NCBI GenBank assembly: GCA_963693365.1
Contig: CAVNZM010000008.1
Span: forward strand, 9,794,293 to 9,858,292
Origin: Amoebidium appalachense
Lineage: Eukaryota; Protista; Ichthyosporea
DNA length: 64,000 bases
Direction: 5' to 3'
Below the pieces are notes generated by a model. That model was not told where the DNA came from. It searched no databases and was given only the letters and a program-made list of their open reading frames with translations. Both the position numbers and the translations under genes were made by a program. This document shows positions 53,236-64,000 of this stretch, piece by piece. Numbering within the stretch: position 1 is the first letter of the stretch; each line of letters opens with the position of its first letter.

Positions 53236-54269
53236 ATGCGCACTAAATTATTACTGCACATAGAGCATAAAATGCCTTCTATGAAAGTAGTAACGAGGCG
53301 TTTTCCCAGCCTGCCATCTATTCCCGAGAATGTACACACCGTTTTTAGTGACATGGAAGAGATCGAGGCAGAGGAAGGGGATGTGCGGCCAGTTGCCAGC
53401 ACAGCGGAAGCCGAGGTTTTGTCAGCAAGCGAGTCTGAGGGGTCTATGGATTACGATTGCATGGTTGAGACGGCACTGGAGACCATTGCAAGCACGCTTC
53501 TGAAGCAACACGGGTATGTATCTTTGTGAGGTTTCTGGTGTGTAGTTCTGCAAGCCGTTCATGTGGGAATGGTGTACAGTCACGCGCCTGTCCCGTGTCC
53601 GTGTATTACTGCAGTGGATTTGTTGCACGGACAGCAGGAACTGGTTTAGTTGTTTGTTTCGAGTTTTATACCCTCGTTTCTTGTGCAAGACTCCGCTCAT
53701 AGGTAGCCAAGTTAGTGAAGGATTGGTTTCTCCAGCACGGGTACTCCTGTCTGCCAAAAAAGCACGAAGGGGAGTGACTTTTGTGCTATCTTTTTTTTTT
53801 TTTTCGGTTGACATTCAAGCAGCTGAATGCTGACCTCTCCATTCCTCACAGGGGTGACACGTCTGCCTGCCTTGAGACTATTGAGGGGATTTTCAGTGTC
53901 AACTCACCCATGTCTTGGCTTCCCTGTTTGGTCTCACCGTCGATCCACGAATGCACAAACAACGAACAGAGCATCCTGTGCATCATTCGCAACTTTTGCC
54001 GGCTAAGACATATTCTTTTGGGGAGGCAGAACGATCACAGACACCCTGAAGATTTGGACTGGGACAGAGCGAAGGAAACAATGCACACCAGTCAGCTACC
54101 ACCTTGTGAGATGTACAAGTACATATATCGTTTCAACAGGCTCGCACACGCAGAAAATGTCGATGTTTCGGCGATGCAGCACATGGAACACTGTTTGCGG
54201 TTGTATTGCGCGGACGAGGACGTGAAGGATATGTACCTAACGCCGCTACCTGCATATCCTTATTTGTAA
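53236..54269 (+). CDS. Hypothetical protein (~230 aa), 2 exons
   Basis: Exons 53236-53513 and 53852-54269 (GG|GTATGT ... CAG|G, phase 2) join in frame; non-repetitive composition; alternative ATG 53272; no family recognised. Confidence 0.7.
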
Positions 54270-54938
54270 TTGCTTTGAATGTTATTGTTGTCTTTTTTTT
54301 AAAGACATGGAAGTGATCACTCCGTTGTTGATAGAGATCTGTCCTTTTGACTTTTGATAGCCTTAAAACCGACGCATATGCTTTGTCACGCGCAGGTGAG
54401 ACCTGTTGGTTTCCATTTTTGAGAACAAACGGCAAGAATGGTTGGTTTCCTTTTAGAGATGAGAACTGTAAGCCTGGATGTCTGGGCATGTATGGTAACC
54501 CTGGGTCCAAAAATAGGCAAAAACCCTCGCTGGCGAGTTTGTCTGCCAGGGATGGGATATGCACGCGTGTGCTTAATACACGTGATTGTGCATGTGCACG
54601 TGTATGATGCATATATATAGCTTTAGAGGGATATAATGCCGGGTGCTGTACACACCGGCTTGCTGCTGAACTTTGTCGCAGCACAAAAGTAAACGCTCTA
54701 AAAGAAGAGGGACACTGAGCGGACCCAATACTGTTATCCGAGTGCCTCGTGTCTCTGTTGTGTACATACTGATGTCGAAAAATCGTGAACAAGCAACACA
54801 AATTTTGTTATAGTGTACTATTCGAAGGAAGGCTCTTATATAAGACTACGTAGCCTACAAAGCATATGCATATGGTCCGCCTGGCTGCTGATATTGTCCG
54901 TATCCATATATTTATGCACCTACATGTCACGACCAAGA

Positions 54939-55315
54939 GGTTCTGACACGTATATATCCAGAAAAATCTGTTCGTTTATTCGAAACCTTCAACGGCACAA
55001 GCGGTTCTGACACGTATATATCCAGAAATCTGCTCGTTTATTCGAAACCTTCAACGGCACAAGCTGCTATCTTTGGAGGTAGCTCTTATTTTTCAAGGCT
55101 GACAAAACTCTCCATATATGCGTGTGTGAAACCTTTGTCTACTGATCCGAAGCGACTAATCACGCGCCAACTCATACCCTTGAAAACTCGCCAGAGTATA
55201 CTCGGTCATACGGCGGCTGAGGCCACAGTCGAACGTGGCGGCGGCACAAGCGGTTCGGACACGTAGGTATCCAGAAAAATCTGTTCGTTTATTCGAAACC
55301 TGCAACGGCACAAGC
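54939..55315. repeat. ~64-bp repeat, two tandem copies (54939-55064) and a third at ~55242-55315
   Basis: GGTTCTGACACGTATATATCCAGAAAAATCTGTTCGTTTATTCGAAACCTTCAACGGCACAAGC. Confidence 0.9.
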
Positions 55316-56133
55316 TTGTAACATATGACTGTTTCACGGTGCGTGTGTATGCATATGCATCTATGTGACATTTTCTTGTGTAACAGTTGTATGCAAACGT
55401 GTGTTGTGTTACTTGTGTCTGCTGTGTATGTGCATGTTTTGATCATGGTTGTTTTTGCGTGGGAGGACATGTATGTGTGCGTGCGGTGCATGCATGGGAG
55501 GGTGGGACATACACGGTCGGCCATCTGGAACACAAGATGGCCGTGGGGCCGTGGGAGGGAGGAGGGATGGAGGGCCCCCCCGGGGGGGGGGGGGGGAGGG
55601 GGGGGGGGGGGGGGGGGCAACTTTCAGGGCCTTTGTATGGTGTTATGTACTGTGCACGTGAGGGCCTTGATTCGTGGAAAAGTGGAACACAGCTGTCTGC
55701 TGAGATTGTTATCAAAGTCTATGAACGACCACTGTGACATGTATTGTGCATGTAACCACACAACGGATAAAATTAGTGTGTTCTGTGCCGTTTGGCTGTG
55801 CCACGCACATATTTATTGTGAACCTGATATGATACTTATCGTGCAAGAACCTATATTTTTGTGCGCAAAAAAGAAAAGTTGTTATAAAACAATAAAAAAA
55901 GTAGGAACATATATTGGAGCAAGATTGTCTGGCAATAACTGCCGCACTATAGAACACGAGTTCCAGAGCTAAATTAGAGCATAAAACCCACTATCGGGCG
56001 GTACTGCGGTGCGTGTGCATGTGCGTGTGCGCGTGTGTGTGTGCCTGTGTGTGTGTGTATGTGTACGCATGCTGGATTGATTGTCCTGGGAAGGATATTC
56101 ACATGCATTTAGACGGGAGGAAGACGTTTTTAA

Positions 56134-63800
<7,667 letters not shown>

Positions 63801-64000
63801 TCTCTCAGGGTTATGCAAACCGCTAGTGAGTCTTCTTATGTGTTGGCTATAATCGTTTAGCCGGACTGATCATAGCGAGGCGCAGGGAGAAAAACGGCCG
63901 AAGTAAGTGAAAATACTTTTTGCCAAACGTCTGCCGGCCTGTGCAGGCCAGTGGCGGCCGGTGGATCTCATTCGGAAATTTATGCAAATAGAATCCCGCT

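Overview
Eukaryotic nuclear DNA, intron-rich and saturated with (CA/TG)n, (GA/TC)n and 15-70 nt poly-G/poly-C tracts, so most ORFs in the six-frame track are microsatellite artefacts. By joining exons manually I can support five host genes: a CLOCK-like bHLH-PAS-PAS transcription factor (minus, ~1.7-9.7 kb), a divergent Serinc-like membrane protein (plus, 17.7-25.7 kb), an AMPK-related kinase with UBA domain (minus, 29.5-31.7 kb), a two-exon orphan gene (plus, 53.2-54.3 kb) and inositol monophosphatase (minus, 56.1-63.8 kb). A nested transposon island (~33.4-47.7 kb) contains an old Ty3/Gypsy remnant, two deleted piggyBac-like copies, a TTAA-flanked non-autonomous piggyBac element and a young, intact chromodomain Ty3/Gypsy element (35709-43412; apparently identical 612-bp LTRs, ACCGC TSD). 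A non-autonomous hAT element lies at 50231-52487. The young element is the most unusual object. Its Gag frame starts with a predicted signal peptide, ectodomain and transmembrane helix, overprinted by a second 211-aa ORF. Its PBS matches the 5' end (not the 3' end) of tRNA-Ala. gag and pro are separated by a single UAG plus stem-loop, and pro/pol by a +1 shift. At ~28 kb an AT-rich insert carries a complete group I intron catalytic core joined to a protein-primed DNA polymerase B fragment. The organism cannot be identified from the sequence; a unicellular holozoan or other non-bilaterian is my inference only. All alignments were done by eye.
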